35,904 nucleotides of DNA from Alphaproteobacteria bacterium (GTDB taxonomy: Bacteria; Pseudomonadota; Alphaproteobacteria; Micavibrionales; SZUA-601), in the NCBI GenBank assembly GCA_031412695.1, contig JANODM010000225.1, forward strand, positions 1 through 35,904. Direction: 5' to 3'. Shown here piece by piece: positions 35,219 through 35,904 of this stretch; within the stretch, counting starts at the first letter, position 1, and every line of letters begins with the position of its first letter. Position numbers and translations under genes: made by a program. Below the pieces are notes generated by a model. The model was not told where the DNA came from and did not search any database. It saw only the letters and a program-made list of their open reading frames with translations.

Positions 35219-35242
35219 AATTAATCTCTTTAAAAAGAACGT

Positions 35243-35740
35243 TTATTTAACAGCAGGGGCCAATTCCGACGCGGCGGCTGCACCGGCTGCCGGTTGAGTG
35301 CCGACCATGCCTTGCGTGTTTGTTTCTGTCGTCACTTCGGTCGTGGTCGTAACGGCTTTGACGCCATCCGTGCCAATAACGACAGGAGCAGCACCTGGTA
35401 CAACGCTAGGGACAACGGCACCTGATGCAGGTGCAATCGTGGTCGTCGTCGTTGTTTCAGTCGTACCGCCGACACCAACAGGTGTCGTGCCCGTCGAGGT
35501 TTCTTCGGTGATGGTGGTGGTCACGGCTGTGCCAACTTGTGCCCCAACTGTTGCAGAGGCTGGCGCAACGGCGTCTTTGGCAGCATCGGTTGCGGCGTCA
35601 ACGGCTTGACCCGTTGTTGCAGCAGTTGCTGTAACGGTCGCGGACGCGACAGGTGTCGTAATGGTTGTGGTCGCATCAGCAGCAAAAGCAGGGGTTGCAA
35701 CCAAAGTGGCGAGGGTGGCGATAATCGATAAACGTAACAT
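35243..35740 (-). CDS. Secreted low-complexity Thr/Ala/Val-rich protein
   Basis: GGAG 7 nt upstream of ATG 35740. Signal peptide MLRLSIIATLATLVATPAFA|AD. The mature part is almost entirely T/A/V/G/P. Confidence 0.6.
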   Translation of the reverse strand: MLRLSIIATLATLVATPAFAADATTTITTPVASATVTATAATTGQAVDAATDAAKDAVAPASATVGAQVGTAVTTTITEETSTGTTPVGVGGTTETTTTTTIAPASGAVVPSVVPGAAPVVIGTDGVKAVTTTTEVTTETNTQGMVGTQPAAGAAAASELAPAVK

Positions 35741-35870
35741 GAGGTAACTCCGAAAAAAGTGAGAAGAAGCGAAAAGACAGGCCGACACGAAAGACGATAA
35801 ATCATGCCGTATCCTTCAGGCATATCATGACGTGACGATACGGTAAAGCGGATAAAAATTGACTTGAATT

Positions 35871-35904
35871 AGGGCGCAAAAAAGAAAGGGCGACCGAAGT
35901 CGCC
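35871..35904 (-). terminator. Probable rho-independent terminator of a gene lying beyond the right edge (truncated by the window end)
   Basis: The minus strand reads ggcgac-ttcg-gtcgcc followed by ctttcttttttg. Confidence 0.4.

Noticed and set aside
35298-35731. Plus-strand ORFs (103 aa and 64 aa) opposite the Thr/Ala/Val-rich gene.
   Set aside because: Low-complexity GC-rich codon repeats keep several frames open. Only the minus-strand frame has an SD, a signal peptide and a downstream terminator.

Overview
35.9-kb chromosomal window with a housekeeping backbone. On sequence character (DnaK, DnaJ, MreBCD, HemC, and a TTAA-N7-TTAA box) it looks alphaproteobacterium-like, but that is inference only. 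Recognisable genes, in order: uvrA (3' part), a UDG-superfamily gene, a DUF1653-like gene, hemC, an excisionase-type HTH gene, slt, a type IV pilin-like gene, smpB, two lipoprotein genes (one of 1140 aa), a CDF transporter, dnaK, dnaJ, uvrC, a GIY-YIG gene, queA, dimeric-type glyQS, a gabD-like ALDH, mrdA-mreD-mreC, mreB, and a Thr/Ala/Val-rich secreted protein. I found no rRNA, tRNA, tmRNA or CRISPR array. Five things stand out. (1) The main candidate for something undescribed is an eight-gene, same-strand tandem array (12897-17570) of divergent paralogs from a family I cannot name; the members share three sequence blocks and Pro/Lys/Arg-rich C-terminal tails. (2) Two normally contiguous operons are interrupted by small membrane-protein genes: dnaK/dnaJ by two same-strand genes plus a repeat, and mreB/mreCD by three opposite-strand genes. 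(3) There are several families of small palindromic repeat elements. One ~65-bp double-hairpin element occurs three times and brackets the HTH gene. Another hairpin repeat flanks the GIY-YIG gene, and its right-hand copy appears to be translated as the N-terminus of QueA. (4) The 717-bp dnaJ-uvrC spacer holds four near-consensus DnaA boxes and a perfect TTAA-N7-TTAA site, making it a possible origin or DnaA/CtrA-controlled region. (5) An orphan pilin-like gene lies near a giant cysteine-rich lipoprotein that has vWA-like and Ca-loop-like signatures. All functional calls rest on motifs read by eye; no database search was possible.
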